Shown piece by piece: positions 1-54,700 of a DNA stretch of 64,000 nucleotides. Source of the DNA: Yuukianura sp. NJ FZ-2021 (Eukaryota); assembly GCA_046563655.1 (NCBI GenBank), contig CM102290.1, positions 6,820,001-6,884,000 on the forward strand, written 5' to 3'. Positions within the stretch are counted from its first letter, which is position 1; every line of letters starts with the position of its first letter. A program made the position numbers and the translations under genes. The notes beneath the pieces are model-generated. The model saw only the letters and a program-made list of their open reading frames with translations, was not told the DNA's origin and ran no database searches.

Positions 1-3000
1 CCTACTTGACCTCCTTCAGGCCCAAATTGACCTTATTTTAATCAATGTACTTTGTTTAGAAAAAAAGTTTGTCAACCTAGAGGTTCGCTGTTAAGCGCGA
101 TGTGCGTCGTGTTACTTGCATGGTCTTACCCGGCATTGCGGCCAGGGCCAAGGTAGGCAGCTCTGTTTTTTACAACGTTTCTTACACGTAAGAAACGTCA
201 TTGAAAACTACAACGGTAATATTCGTAAGGTTCAATTTTTGTTTTAGCCGTTTGTTTTAAAAAATTAACCTGAAATGCCGCGTGTACGTGATGTGATTCT
301 ATTTGGAATAAATTTTGGTTATGTAAGGAAACTAACCTTTTTTTTTTGCTACTTTTGTTAGTGAGCATAGTAGAAATATCGTTTTTAGCGTAGCATTTCG
401 TTATTACAGTAAAAATTGTTAGGAGGTTTACGAAATTGAAAACTACCTTCATTTCTGAACTATTTTGAGCTAGTCTAACAATATTTTAAAAGTTTTTTGA
501 GCTTACGCCGGAAGTTAGCATCGTCGAGGTTATTGTTGATTTGGCTGAGGGATCCATTGCCGAGTCTGATTTCCTGAATCATTGTCAAACTCCCCAAGAT
601 GAATGTTAAGGATTGGTTGACGGCGTTAATCCAAAGTCTAGGTATCAAAATTATATTTGAGCCTTCAGAGTCTACCCATTTTGGATCCTCCGGAAGCTGC
701 GGTAGTTTAGTAATTTTACCTGTTGTAGGCGAAGAATAAGTTCAGAAAGTCCAGCGTCACTTTGCTAAGGAGCCATAGTAAGTATGCAACAGCCAGTCCT
801 CCAACATTTGAATTTCCCGTACAAAATCCATGTCGAAAGGTCAATCCGATCTAAATGTAATTCATTCCTCAGTTACTGAATGTACAACCTGATTAGAATT
901 ACGACTGAAACTGAAATGTCATGTAACCGGAGGAATTTTAGCAAATGGGCTTGAATTTTTTGGGTTGTTTTTTAAGAATGCAGAATCAGTCCTTTAATAA
1001 ATTCAGTTTTTTTTTCTGAATTTGTAAATTGGCATAATGACAAACAGGTTCACAGATCACCGCGTTTTCTCTTTGAGTTTCCATTCCCCTTTATCACATT
1101 CACACCTCTCCTCTTTCGGTTTAGGTAAAAGAGAGAGGCACTTTCTTTTTCGTGAGACGCCTAGCTGATGTAGTACAATGAAAAATTGATCGGAATTGGG
1201 AAACGCTCGCCATAAAAAAAATTTTCCTTTCATAAATTAACTAAAATCGAATTTGCAAACTCATACCTCGCTTGCAACGACGATAAAAATAGCGAGTGCT
1301 TGAGAAGCCGTAACAGTCCAAATGATTTGTTTGAAATTTTTGAGTTGTCGAAGGGTTTGTCGTCCTTCGGAATCTTGAAATTCCAATTGTCCGAAGACAC
1401 GGTGCCAATTAATCATTGTGGAAGGAAGCATAATGCTTGTCTTGTTTAGATTAACGTAGATTCCGTTTAGAACAGAGGTGTACACTAGCTGGACTTTAGA
1501 TTTCGACTGGCAGTTGGTATTAAATTGGACATTTAATGAAGGGTAGAGTAGTCCCCGAAGTGTATAGGCTGACCAAGACTACTTTGCCAAAATCAGCTGG
1601 ACAGCGTCTTTACTTGTTGCTCAAGGGGGTGAGTGCTAGTAGGGTAAAACTAAGAACTAAAGCGGAACAATTAAGTTTTCAACGGAATGAAACATGACGA
1701 ACAATATGTATGCGTATACATAGACATATTGTCTCCTCTCCAGTTAATAAATAAATATTAGGAACAATCATATTTTTTTGCACTAACAAAAGCTGCTGAG
1801 TCATAAATGGTTCATTGGCGGGAAAAAACGCATGCTGATTTAAAATTGTAACGGAGAGATAAATAATAGGGTCGTAGGCTCTTCTTGTAGAGAAAGCTAG
1901 TGTTTTTCTTTTTGTTTTTGGAGAAAGCAGCAACAGGAGAGCTGGGGAGGCGGAGTGAAAGTCTCTTTTTCCTTGGTTTTTCGGATTTAAGTGTATCTTT
2001 AGAATTGGCTAAAGGAATTCGAGGGTAGTAGACTGGAAACAAATAATGTAGGAGGGACTTTTGATGTGGCATAATTCAAGAAGTCAATTTGGAACCAAAA
2101 GAGGCTGAGGAATGTGAAATTCGATCTACAACGAGGACAATGGGAATGGAAAGTAATTGAGTCAGTGATGTGTCCAGTCCGTTGCCTTGTCCCATCATTG
2201 TTCTGAGTTCAATGGCCATTGGATGTAGTGAAGCTCAACTCCCAACCACCCTTCTTATGAATCATTCCATGTTGAATGATGAACAGAATTCGGGCATTAT
2301 AGGCTCAAAGTCCTTTGTACCATGTTTTGTCTTTGTTCCTAGAAAGTAGGTTAAGTTGGCGACTGGTTGTTCTTCCTTCTTCCTAGAGTAATTGCCCTCT
2401 CTCAAGGTACTTCTGGAACCCATCAAAACGTCGTGGGAATCATGGACTCCTAGTTGTCCTTTTAATGCTATTGATTATGCACGGTAGTGGTGGCAAACTT
2501 GAACAAAACAAAATTTGTTTTGGGGGAGGGGAACACTTTTTTGTGAATTTTTTTTAAAAAGCAAAATATGTTTTGCTCTGGACTCTGGAGTCCCGATTAC
2601 TTTTGACCTTTGACTTATATCATGCTGGAGATGTTTTCTTTTTGGAAGAAAAGCATTCTGCGCTGTTTTCATGAAAAATGGAGAATTTTACAGTTTTTGC
2701 AAAAACGGTTTTCTTTGGAATTTTCTAGAATTCGCAGACTTTAGCTGTGAGTACGATGAGAACTCGATTCAATATACCTGTGATTTGAATATTAAACGGG
2801 TACAGCCATATTTGTATATAAAGTAAAATGAAATTTTTTAAAGTATAAAATTTGATATCACTCAATCAGACTAGACTGGAGAGAAATCTTGAAGGAAATT
2901 TAGGTTTTCTGCATTCGAAGTGAAGAGCTTGGGATTTTGGAGAGGTAATTTCAAATTGATTTTGCCAGGTTCGTGTTGGCTGAAAACGACTTAAGTTTAT

Positions 3001-3723
3001 GTCCTTATCCTACTTCATGTGTAAAACTCCATTGAACAACGTTGCTGCTCAAGTAGTAAGGACTTAAATATAGCAGTTGTAGTGATGCTGGAGACATTGA
3101 AATCCACTTTCTCCATATATCCTATTACTCTTTACTTTTGAAGATTACATATTCCAATTTCGTAGTAGCAAAGTGGGATCAAGATGCTGTATAAGCAGAG
3201 CCCCTTAACTTACTTCAGGAACGGATTCTGATTGGGCAGTTACTTTTCGTTTTTGTAGTGGTCGTAGAAGCCCGAAAATGCTTACAGCTTTTTCCTCTCG
3301 GTGCGGACAGCACAGGATGAAAAGGTTTGCGCTGGCAAGACAAAGTAGAGATGATGGGAAATGGGAATGTTGCTCGTTTGAATTTTGGCGCTTTCCTCCT
3401 CGGGAAATGACAAAAAATTAGGCATTGAGCCTCTAGCGTGAGTTCTTTTTTGTTATTCGTTCGGCGGGTAGTATCCCGCGGGTTGTTTCGAATTCAGTGC
3501 ACTCTGTACTGCGCTGGGAATTGAAAGCGTGTAGCTTTATTATTCCTAGAATTTAATTTGGAAGAGGCCAATGACCTCAGAATTAAGCAAAACATCCGAA
3601 GGGAAGTAGAAGGAGACCTTTCACCGAAATAGCATTTGAAGTTTGGTTTCTTAAAATCGAAATGCTTCCACGTGATAGCTGACTAGAAGCGTCAATTAAT
3701 TAATTTTTGTTTATTTTTTCCAG

Positions 3724-44655
<40,932 letters not shown>

Positions 44656-46504
44656 AAATCAAATTCTTCTCGAAGTTGAATAATATGACGGTCAGTCTGT
44701 TCACGTAACTAATCCTTGTGTGCAAGAGTTAAAATGTAATTGTTGCCAAAGTTAATCGTTGATGCTACAGTAATTCCTAGTAGGTAGGTCAATATGAATC
44801 AAAATAATTTTGATTTAATAGTCGGAGTTAATAAGTCAGAAATCTCCCAGGTGAAGCAGAAAATAACTTAAAATGTTCGCCGTCCTTAATGTCACGCATG
44901 ATGGCTTAAACAAAACGAAATAATTATTCTTTTAAGAAAGTCCTTTAAAAGTTCTTGAAAGTTTCTTTCCCAAAATAACTTATATATACTATAAACATAT
45001 ATATTCCCTGTTGATAATTTTAATAATACTTTAGAATAACTAATTAGAACTGGAAAGCTTAGGCCTGGAAAACAAGGGTGGAACATTACGTTTGTTATTT
45101 GATACATGTCATCTAAGTTGAATGTCAATTGCATCCATCCACTCAATGGAATGACGTCCATACAAGTCGAATTAACGTTTTTGGATTACGGTGAATCCAT
45201 TCCTAGAGACCGATTTATAACATGACCTTTAAAGGGATTCCAAAGACCCCAATTGCAGTTGCATTTTGAGTATTCCATTTTTTAAAATAGACTACGCCTG
45301 GTAGAGCAAAGCGTGCTTTCAATTTGAGGGAAATGTAAAGTAACGTAGGCATTCCTATCTTCAAATGACAAACTTTCTAATAAGAGTTCTTCAATTCACA
45401 AAGTGTACTACCGTAATCCCATCGATTTTCAAAGTATTTGTTAAAGGTCCCGCCAGCTTAAGCGCAGGCCCCTTCCTCAGTATTTGAGCTGTACATTTTC
45501 GAAATGATAACGACGATTTGCATTCCATTATTAGACATTCCCACCAACTAAATGACAGAACTTTTGCAAATAATCTCCAAGTAACGGTTATTGTTGAGTA
45601 TTTGCATTTGATAGGGCATAATTCCTCAAATCTTGCCTTTTGTAAACGTCTGATTTGGAATAACTTACTATACACTGTTGCTTTTAACCAGTGCAGGTCA
45701 TTTTGTAAACTAGTGGGGAATTGTTACTTTGGAAAGCTCTATTAATCAATCAATGACTAATTGTAAGGAAACTGGAATTAAAATTACATTAACAGTAGGG
45801 GTAAATAGTTATGAAATCCCAAAAATGTGTTTATGTTATTTAGTAGTTTAAAATCCAGTTTATTCTACCTTAAAATCAAAAATTGTAATTTATGAAATTT
45901 CATTTAAGGCAATGGGGTAGTTAAGTTTAAAAGTTTTTACGAAAAACAAACATTACGGAAATTCCAAGTATTAGGCAGAGAAGGGAACGTGGTTGTCTTT
46001 AGATTGATTTTGTGTTCTGGAATTTGGTTTAAATTCTGAATCTAGTCTTTGTTTCCAAACTCCGCTTGCTCATTGTACCCTACGTAATTGATTCGAAACT
46101 ATTAGCATTCATGGGAGATACATATTCAGAACACTAGGGATTGAGGCCAAAGCTTTAGAAAAATCAAACATGATTTTTAATTTGAGGTTTCCTGTTTTTA
46201 AGTGTTAATTCAGTTGTCAGTAGGTTGATTTCATATCTCCAATGTTTGAAACCTTGGAAATTGGATGCATAATCATCAATTTTCTTTGTAAAACCTGCTG
46301 TAGAGTTAAAATTCCGCCATTTTTGAAGATTGCTGAGACACATTGTGAAAGAGACGTCGTCGGAGATCCAACTTGGACCGTCCAGGGTGTGGAATATGTA
46401 TCTTCATTGTATGATTTAGTTTTGAATCTAAGTTAGAAGGGAATAATTCTATAAATTACTTATAGTTTCTGTACTAATCCATTTGTCACCAAATTGAACA
46501 ATGA

Positions 46505-46515
46505 AATAAAATAAA
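46505..46515 (+). terminator. Candidate neurobeachin polyadenylation signals (tandem AATAAA)
   Basis: First canonical AATAAA I found after the stop at 44655 (an ATTAAA variant lies near 45777). Confidence 0.35.
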
Positions 46516-46700
46516 CAGTGATGAACTTACTGCAGTGAAAAATACACTACCTATTTTTTAAAAGTTTAGATCAAGTTCGCATCGAAAATGGAATTCTGGC
46601 GTGAATTCTATTATGCTGTAAACAATTGGTCATCCATGGGATCACTTCTTTGACGGCATTTTATGGGGCTTTATCAGATCACTTATTTCCAGTGTTACTA

Positions 46701-46706
46701 TTTATT
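46701..46706 (-). terminator. Candidate Pvf distal polyadenylation signal (AATAAA on minus)
   Basis: First minus-strand AATAAA I found beyond the one overlapping the Pvf stop codon (48578-48583). Confidence 0.3.
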
Positions 46707-46974
46707 TAGGGATTGGACCGATTCACATTTGTAATCGTATTTTCCTAAGTGTAGAGGTAAATGGACATTACAAAAAAGAGCTTCAGATGCAATATTTATG
46801 AATTAAAACAAAATAAATAGCAACAATGTGAATGACGCAATGAGAATACTTAGAAGCAGTAAAACTTACATTTGCAATACCTACATATTTGTGAATAAAA
46901 TCAATCTCATTCTCAACTATTTAACAAACATATTTAAGGCTACTCTAGTATACCTGCGTTTGCAACTTAGGTCG

Positions 46975-47478
46975 AAGTAAACTTGAGTCCCCCGACTGCC
47001 CCCCCCCCTTCAAATTTTGCGCTGCTACTGTTGTACTCACCCATTGTATCCACCAGGGGGTACAAACGTACCCCACCCAACTCGTAACAATGCGTAAACC
47101 TAGCGGCAAGAACGTAATCTCTGCATTCAAGTTGACAATTGGCACGAAATTGCTATTGACTAATCTTTTTTAACTGTAGATAGACTTAATGAGTATTACT
47201 CAATGTCTCAGTATAGGTAAACTTAGAGAACAGAACCTACAGACGTAATCAGTATTACTTGTTTTATCAAACCTGTCGCCGCGCCTTCGGCGCGGAAATA
47301 TAAACACGGTAACACGGATTTACTGAATTAAACTGTAAAGAAGGTTGCCAGCTTGAATGCAGAGATTATTGTCTTGCCGCTATGTGGACGTATTGCTCCG
47401 AGTTGGTGCACCCATTTGGTGGATAGAGTGCGAAAATTTGAAAGGGCGGGGACAAGCGGACGGACGGCTCGTTTACTT
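46975..47478. mobile_element. Diverged inverted repeat pair (arms ~46975-47138 and ~47345-47478) with a GC hairpin in the spacer; probable non-autonomous element remnant(s)
   Basis: 47101-47138 reverse complement matches 47345-47382 at 33/38; similarity continues outwards in colinear blocks; hairpin ccgcgcc-ttc-ggcgcgg at 47279-47295; short GGAC repeat near 47457-47467. Confidence 0.6.
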
Positions 47479-48578
47479 AAACTTTAGTCTTTTGTAGTAA
47501 AGTTATATTTAAGTTATGGATAGTTCCAGGCCTCGTAACAAGGGTTGGCAGCATATCATAAGATTAATTACTAATATTAATCATTTGTGTTGTGATGTGA
47601 CCTTAGCTTGCGGCATTGACCTTTGATGCACTTACAACTTAGCAGTACTGGTTTTATATTAGTAACATTTAAAATAAGCGTGACTAATGCACTCATTTCA
47701 TCAAAAGACAAAATTAGAAATTATGTAACAACGCCTTACATACTGCAGCAGTCGTCGGTAGTATTGCTTTTAACGTGAGGGACTTATTTCACCAAAATAT
47801 CTTATTACAAGAACACTCTATGGCTATAAGTTAATTAGAGTTTGACTTGTTTAGGTTTTAACTTACTATAGCCCGTGTTTGAACTCTTATTTTCCCTAGC
47901 CTCCGTTCTTGGCACGTTGACGAGTCTTGAAGTATTTGTTCATTTTCCATTAATATTTGTGAATCGTTAGTGACAAAACTGTTTGCGAATTTTAAAAAAA
48001 AAAACGTTGGAGGGAGAACGTAGACAGAAATAGTTGTAAAGTTTGCACAGAAATCCATACGAAATGACAACATGCAGAGTGACAAATGGAAAGTTGTTGC
48101 AAGACATTTCAGTTTCTTTGAGACATGCTTGTATCAAGGTTGACTTTTAAGAAATCACTGGCGTTAAGAAACTTTTTAAAAAATAACCAAACAAATGCAC
48201 GACTCGCTATCATCGTCGCACGGTAGCTTAACTACGCTTAAGTTAGTCAACATCGGTCTAGCCTTAGGTCTATTAACTTTAGACCAAACTGTAATAAATA
48301 AACTAGGATACGATGTAGGCAGTGTCAGAGAAATGCAATCGTCTTCCACGCCACTAAAGTTAACAACTATTAATATCCAAAGTTGCCCAAAACGAAACAC
48401 CTAATTCCTAAATGTAAGAAACTAACAAGTCTGCGAGATATCAATCTTGACTACGTCTGTCTACAGCTACGTTTGGCAGGTTACAAATTAAAAAATACAA
48501 GTTGAGGTATAATTTTCCTACACATTTTGGCAGAATAGCTTCCTGTTTTACAGAACCTGTAAACTGTCGTGTTTTTGT

Positions 48579-48711
48579 TTATTGGGTGAGGTAGCGATGC
48601 CAAGAAAGTGACTGTCCGGAACGTTCCTTCTTGCGTGGACATCTTCCGACCAAGTGAATGTAGGAACCGAAGGAACATCCGGGGACTTCACAACGCCCCG
48701 ACTGAATACAC
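48579..48711 (-). CDS. Pvf: Pvf terminal coding exon (CIQSGRCEVPGC...GRCP...YLTQ*)
   Basis: tatag acceptor, phase 2, TAA at 48581-48579. Confidence 0.88.
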
Positions 48712-51700
48712 CTATATAAAACAAATGAAAACGTACTTAAAGTTAAAATTTTTGAGTTGACAAAGACACCTATTGATTTTAAGTTTTTACCATTTGTCTT
48801 GCATTGTGAAGAAATCAGTTCCTCGTTTGAGTAGTAAGCATTCACGTTGCTTATCAAAACAATCGCAAGTACAAGCCCCATCCGGCAGAACTCGTTCCGT
48901 AAACATCGAAGGACATTTGCACCTTTTCGTCAAAAGAAAACAAGGAAACATCATGTCACACTCCGCCCAAAAGTATCTTAGCTAATCGGAGTTGCACAAT
49001 AAACGATGATCGGACTGTAGATTTTGTTGGATTTTGACCTGACTAATGCGTCTTTAAAGTTTTCCGCGTTCAAGACATCGAAACCTTTAAACGTTTAGGT
49101 ACTTACTGAAGAGAATTTAAGTTCTTTTCAATGCGACTCGCAGGTCCACTGTTACTAGATGGAAGCCTTCCCGGAAGACCACTGACGACATTTGAAAGCG
49201 GTGTTCCAGGAGCCGTTGGCTGTGTCAGAGGAGGAATGTTCTCGTCTCTTGGCATCAAGTCCTCCATTTTGTCACGACATTCGCATTCGGTATGATTGTA
49301 GAAGACAAGACGTTCTACGGAAGAAGCTCGATTGTTTTCAGCCAGAATACTCTGCAAATAAAAAACAATCAGAATTCAAATGAATTCTTCAAAAAACGGG
49401 TTTTCTCTTTGTTTTCTTGGTTTGAAAACTTCACACCTCCATTATCCCTCCGCATAACATCTTCTTTTAATTAAGTCTTAAATTATTGGACTCTAGCCTT
49501 GTTAGAAACGTCTTTACTTGCATTCCTTTTCACGACAAAGCAAACCAAGCAAAAAAGTTAATGTTAAACCTCTGTGACCCTCTCATATCCGTTGTAGATA
49601 CTACCTTAGCACATTGTTCTGAGCGTTTTTTACGTCGCCGCTCGCAATAGAATTTCGATAGAGATGGAGGCATCACACGATGTGATTGAGCCTGCATCAT
49701 GCAGTTTAATTGATTTGTGGGCAGCGTTTAACGATTACAAATGCGGCATCAATAAGTCAAAATAATGGTGAATATGCCCGCCCTTCCTTTATGATTGCCT
49801 TAATTGACACAATAACTCAAGTCCATGCTTAGTTTCCTACGAGATACTGAACATGTCTATCCTAAAATTTGCAGAAGAATGATTTCATAACCTAGCCACG
49901 CCGCTAAATCATGAATGAAATCGAGGCTAGTGCGTTCCTACTTAACTATCTATCGATTTTCTTTAACGTTGCGCACTGCGTTGAAGATCTTTGCGAATGA
50001 AACTTCAAATCCAATAGGCATTAATCCGTATAACATCTTACACGTTTTACCCGATGGACTGGAAAAACGCCTCCTTCAATTAAGCGAATACTACGTGTAG
50101 TACGGATTGGGTCAGCATTTCAGCTGGGAAAAGTTCCTTATTAATTAATTCGGGAAGACTATACTGCTTTCAATTTTAATCTCAAGTTGACATTGACAGG
50201 AACACGTAAGTTCAAGCGTAAATGAAGTAGTAGCTCCTTGGATTCAAACGTAAGTTTAATCCAACACAAGAATGCCCCTACGAGGACGCGATGTTATGTT
50301 GCTGACAGGTTTAAGAAAAGAGCAAAATCAAATACTCAAAAAAAAATCAAGTATTCAAAACAGGTTTCCGTTTTCAATTGAGCAAAAATTTCGAACGTTC
50401 TGCCTCTTAATACGCCATTAGCCAAGATTAGCTCGGATAAAGGACGAGGAAGTCCAACGATCTGTAAGACCCAGGGTAAGATGAACCACTGGAGACGTCA
50501 AAGGTGTCATATGTCAAACGTCACTCGTGTCAATCAAGTGGAAAGTCAACGCTGAATCCAGAAAAGAAAATGAGGAACAAGGGAAATTGTTAAATTTCAT
50601 CAATTAACTTTTGGTAAGTTATCCAACCAACCAAATAAAAAAGTTAAAGGCTAAAGTTTCTCAATTCAATTTAAGTGCGAAATTCTTTCATAAAAAGTGT
50701 CATTGACTCCACGCGTCGTGAAGCTCATAAATGACGAAGGCAAAGTTGCTTACCCTGAACAAGCATCGTTTTGCAAACTAGCGAAAAGCCGTTCACTTCC
50801 AATTACACGCCACGGTGTTTAAGTCTTTTACAATTTCTAACATTAAACCGAAACCATGACAAGGCGTCATATTTTTGGTACTCCGCGCCACTTAAAGATT
50901 AACTTTTAGAACAGGCTTTGGTGAGAAGTGGGGTATTCTTCCCTCATACTTTGAGAGGTCAATTCAATCCTTTCCATCAACTAACCAATTTAATCTTTCT
51001 GGATCGAGTTTTTATGGTTATTAAAAATCTCGCTCGTTCAAATATCTTCCACCAACACCGACCTCAAATAAGCACCGAGATCAAAATTAATCCGACACCT
51101 CAAACTCTTTACGTAAACTTTCGTTCAGAGTAGGCAAACTAATGTTTCAATACAGCTTTATTTAAAAAAAACACAACCTCCTGTCTTATGTTAGTTCAAG
51201 GAATACTAATGTCCTACGAACATGCATTCTCTTCGGATTAGGAAATTTACATTTTTAAAGGAAACCTTAAAATGTTCCTACCCAACAGAATAATCTCCAG
51301 TATAATCATATCTGCTTATTAAAAATGACGCATAAACAAGAAGAGAAATTACATATCTGCATTAGCTGCAATGCACTGATTGTATTGAATTTACTGATAG
51401 TTTTTCAAGTTGAGTAAGAACTGAAGGAGTAAAAGGTGGATGATGTGAAGGTATAGAAAGAACATTGACGCTGAGCATCGTTATTATATTATTTAATTTG
51501 ACTTAGGTTGCAATTTTCGTTTAGTTCTGACTTGCGTCTGTGTAACTCAATTTTTGGAAAAACAAAAACAAAAAATAATACATCACACTTACGTAGAAGT
51601 AGAGTTCAACTCGTTGCGTCGTTTTTGGTGAACAAGTGAATACGTCATGGCGACAACAGCCCGTGTCATCTGAGCACTGATGCAAAATTGTGCAATGCGG

Positions 51701-54700
51701 AACATAAGTTTTGCCAGGGTGTGGGTAGTAGTCCTGTACACGAACTAATCTGGGCTTTGGAATCTTGCAACTCCCTTCGCGGGAGACTTTGAGAGCATGG
51801 TTAATGGCCTCACGAATCGACGTATCTGTTCATCAAACATTATATCCTAAGATAAGTTCGAAACGTTTCCATGTCTGTACGTTCAAACCTGGAGTTGGTT
51901 GCTGCGCATGCCCTCTTGCACTACTCTGACCATGCGTCTGTGTACTGGTGGCTCCGCCCCCTAATGATCCGTTGCTGCCAAATTGACTCCTGCTCATGTG
52001 ATGCTGTGACTGACCATAAGAATGCCTCATCCGCGTCTGTTCCACTGCTTGTCGTGTTCCCAAATCTCGCCATTTCATTTGCGAGTACGATAACGGCTGA
52101 GCTGGCGCCGGTGTAGTCGTCGTAGTCGTCGTAGAGGTTGTGGTAGATGTGGATGGTGGTCTATATCCTCCATTGTTGAAAGAGTAGTTCTGAAAAAACA
52201 AAAATAGAAACAATTACATTTCAGAGCAGGAGTCCAATCTCCAAAGTACCAAAAGGCGAGGAGGTCAAGAGGTCAGCAATTGAATCCAAGTCTTTAATAC
52301 CAAATGCTCTTATGCTGTCGCAGGGAGCAATGAAAAGATTTAAATCATCTTTACAGAACGGACTTTCATAGACATAAAGATTGGTGTCCCCTGAGGATTT
52401 TAGCATGAGGATAGGAAGTTGAAAGAATGCTGCTTGATTTGCTAAGATGATGATGATGATGATGGAGAGTAAGCGCATGGCTTTGCATAAGTCCGATTAA
52501 TTCAATCTTGTCCAAGTACTTGGAAGCTTTGCTTTAGCTCTAGCATCAAAATCACAATTAAGGTCCCCTTCCGGGTATCCGGACTAAGGAACAACCAACC
52601 CAGAGATGATAAGATTCGAACAGCCACTCTGTTCACTTTAGCCCACTCCCTAATTCACTCCCTCCATTCACCCTTGTCTGGACAAGATCAAACATCAAGA
52701 TTCCAAGCATTTGGAATTTACAGCTTTTGTCTATTTTTGGCCAACCACACTACTAACTGATGAATGAATGATGAAAAAAAAAATTCGCCATAACCTGATA
52801 AAACATCCAGGCGGGTAACATCAAACTCTGAATCGCTTTTTTGAATGCTTCCGTCGTCCATGGCCCTCACGTTATTAATTGTTATATTTTGCAACGTGAG
52901 TCATGTCGAATCACCTAACTGCAGTAAAATGTACCGGTGACAGGTAAAAAGATTTACAGGAGTTCCATATTGTGGTGATAGTATTTCACAATGCTACAAG
53001 AACTCAAACCAACCTAAAATTCTCTCCATTTTTGGCAAAATACGACATGTTCCTTCTAAGTAGGGAATGAAGCAAGCATGGTTGATTTTTCTGAACGAAA
53101 AGATGATGACCAATTTCAACGCAATAGTTGTGGGTGTTGTTAAGTCTTGTAAAACTAATAATGTTTATAGAATTCACACACAAGGAGTCAATGTCAACCT
53201 ATGATTCATTTTTGCAGACATTTGAATTGACCTTTCGAGTCACCTTTGTGGCTCTGTTTACTCTTGGAAAAAGTATGATGACATCAACACTACAAAAACT
53301 TCCCTTGCTAGGCATTCTTAAAATGTCATTTTGCAGTTTACAAACTGCGGATTCGCAGTACGTTTCGAGCTAGTCACGCGATTAAGAAACCCTAATACGA
53401 TCATTCATTCTTTCTAAAATGTTGAGAAGTATACTGACTTTATTCAGTATTCAGTACTATTCAATCTCCAAAAGTAAAGGTGGTTTTACTTGTTTTTCGA
53501 ATGCTAATTGTACTGTACGGCACGCTTTCAACTTTCAAAGGCCTTTCTACGGATGGCAAAAGTGCGTAGAGCAACCGAAGTTGCTCAGTTGCACGCACTT
53601 CTGCCAGTGAATTTGAAGCTAAATGAATGGAAAAGGGAAGGGGGGTGAAAGTAAGATCGAAAGCGACAATGGAACTGACTCATCATCATCGTCTCTGATT
53701 TCAGAAGATTGCAGTCCCAAAAGGGCCCCCTCGACACATCAATTTACTCAGCCACGTTTTAACTGTTCGTGTTCGACTGACCAAGTAATGACCAATTCGA
53801 AGACACGCTTCAGGAAATGGATCTTAACCCGCACTTTGGGACGAGCAATAACCTAAAGCAATAACTGCCGCGCAATTAATCCTGGTTACATCGTCTGAAC
53901 CGTGAAAACTTTTTTGCAAGCTACGACACTTCGTTTTCCCGAAAAATAAAGACATTTTGTGCATACTTGACTTAGGACAGGTCATCGGATGGCACGTTAA
54001 CAAATATTCGTCATTTGGTTATCGTTTGGAAGGAGAAAAAGCTTAAACTTGAATATGCTAGAATCATGTCAAATCTACCGCGAAGTGGCTAAACCTAAAA
54101 ACCCAATGACAAATTGGTTCGTATTTCCGATACTTCCCGCTTACAATGGGCTGAAGACAATAGAGGGTGCATCAGGGGTTGACATATGAATCCCTGCTGC
54201 ATGCATTCCAAACCCCCTTCCATTGTACTTTCATCCCCCTCTGACCATTGTTGCACTCCATCGCATTATTGTCGTCCTTTCCCCTCAAAACCCTTAAAAG
54301 CTTGTGCGTTATGTTATTTTCATGCAAAAATTGAGTGTTCGAGTCACTACGATTCTAGGCAATAAACGTGCGTACTTTTGTATTCATGTATTCCGAACAA
54401 AAATCTTGTTTACAATCAAAATTTAAACGTCTACACTGTGAGAATCAATTCTGAAAAAATCAGACGGTTAAAAGTATCACTGGCGGGAAAGGGTTTATGT
54501 TAGTTTTTTGAAGAATTTCCGGAGAAAGTTTGGTTGTAAAAACGAAAGTCTCATGCTAAACAGTTTCTTGCTTAAAACGACACGAATATACGAAAACTTG
54601 AAGCAAAGTAAAAACCGCATGCCAAAGAAAACATTATAATAGTAAGAGCGAAACTTTCTTTGTACTTTCTCTGTTCAACGCTTCTTAGAATGCCAATGTG

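Noticed and set aside
52221..52478. Signal-peptide-like ORF MRLLSIIIIII... as an alternative Pvf first exon
   Set aside because: Hydrophobicity comes from an (ATC)n microsatellite; the frame stops before the 52189 acceptor, and the only phase-0 donor seen (TAT|gtctat) is weak.
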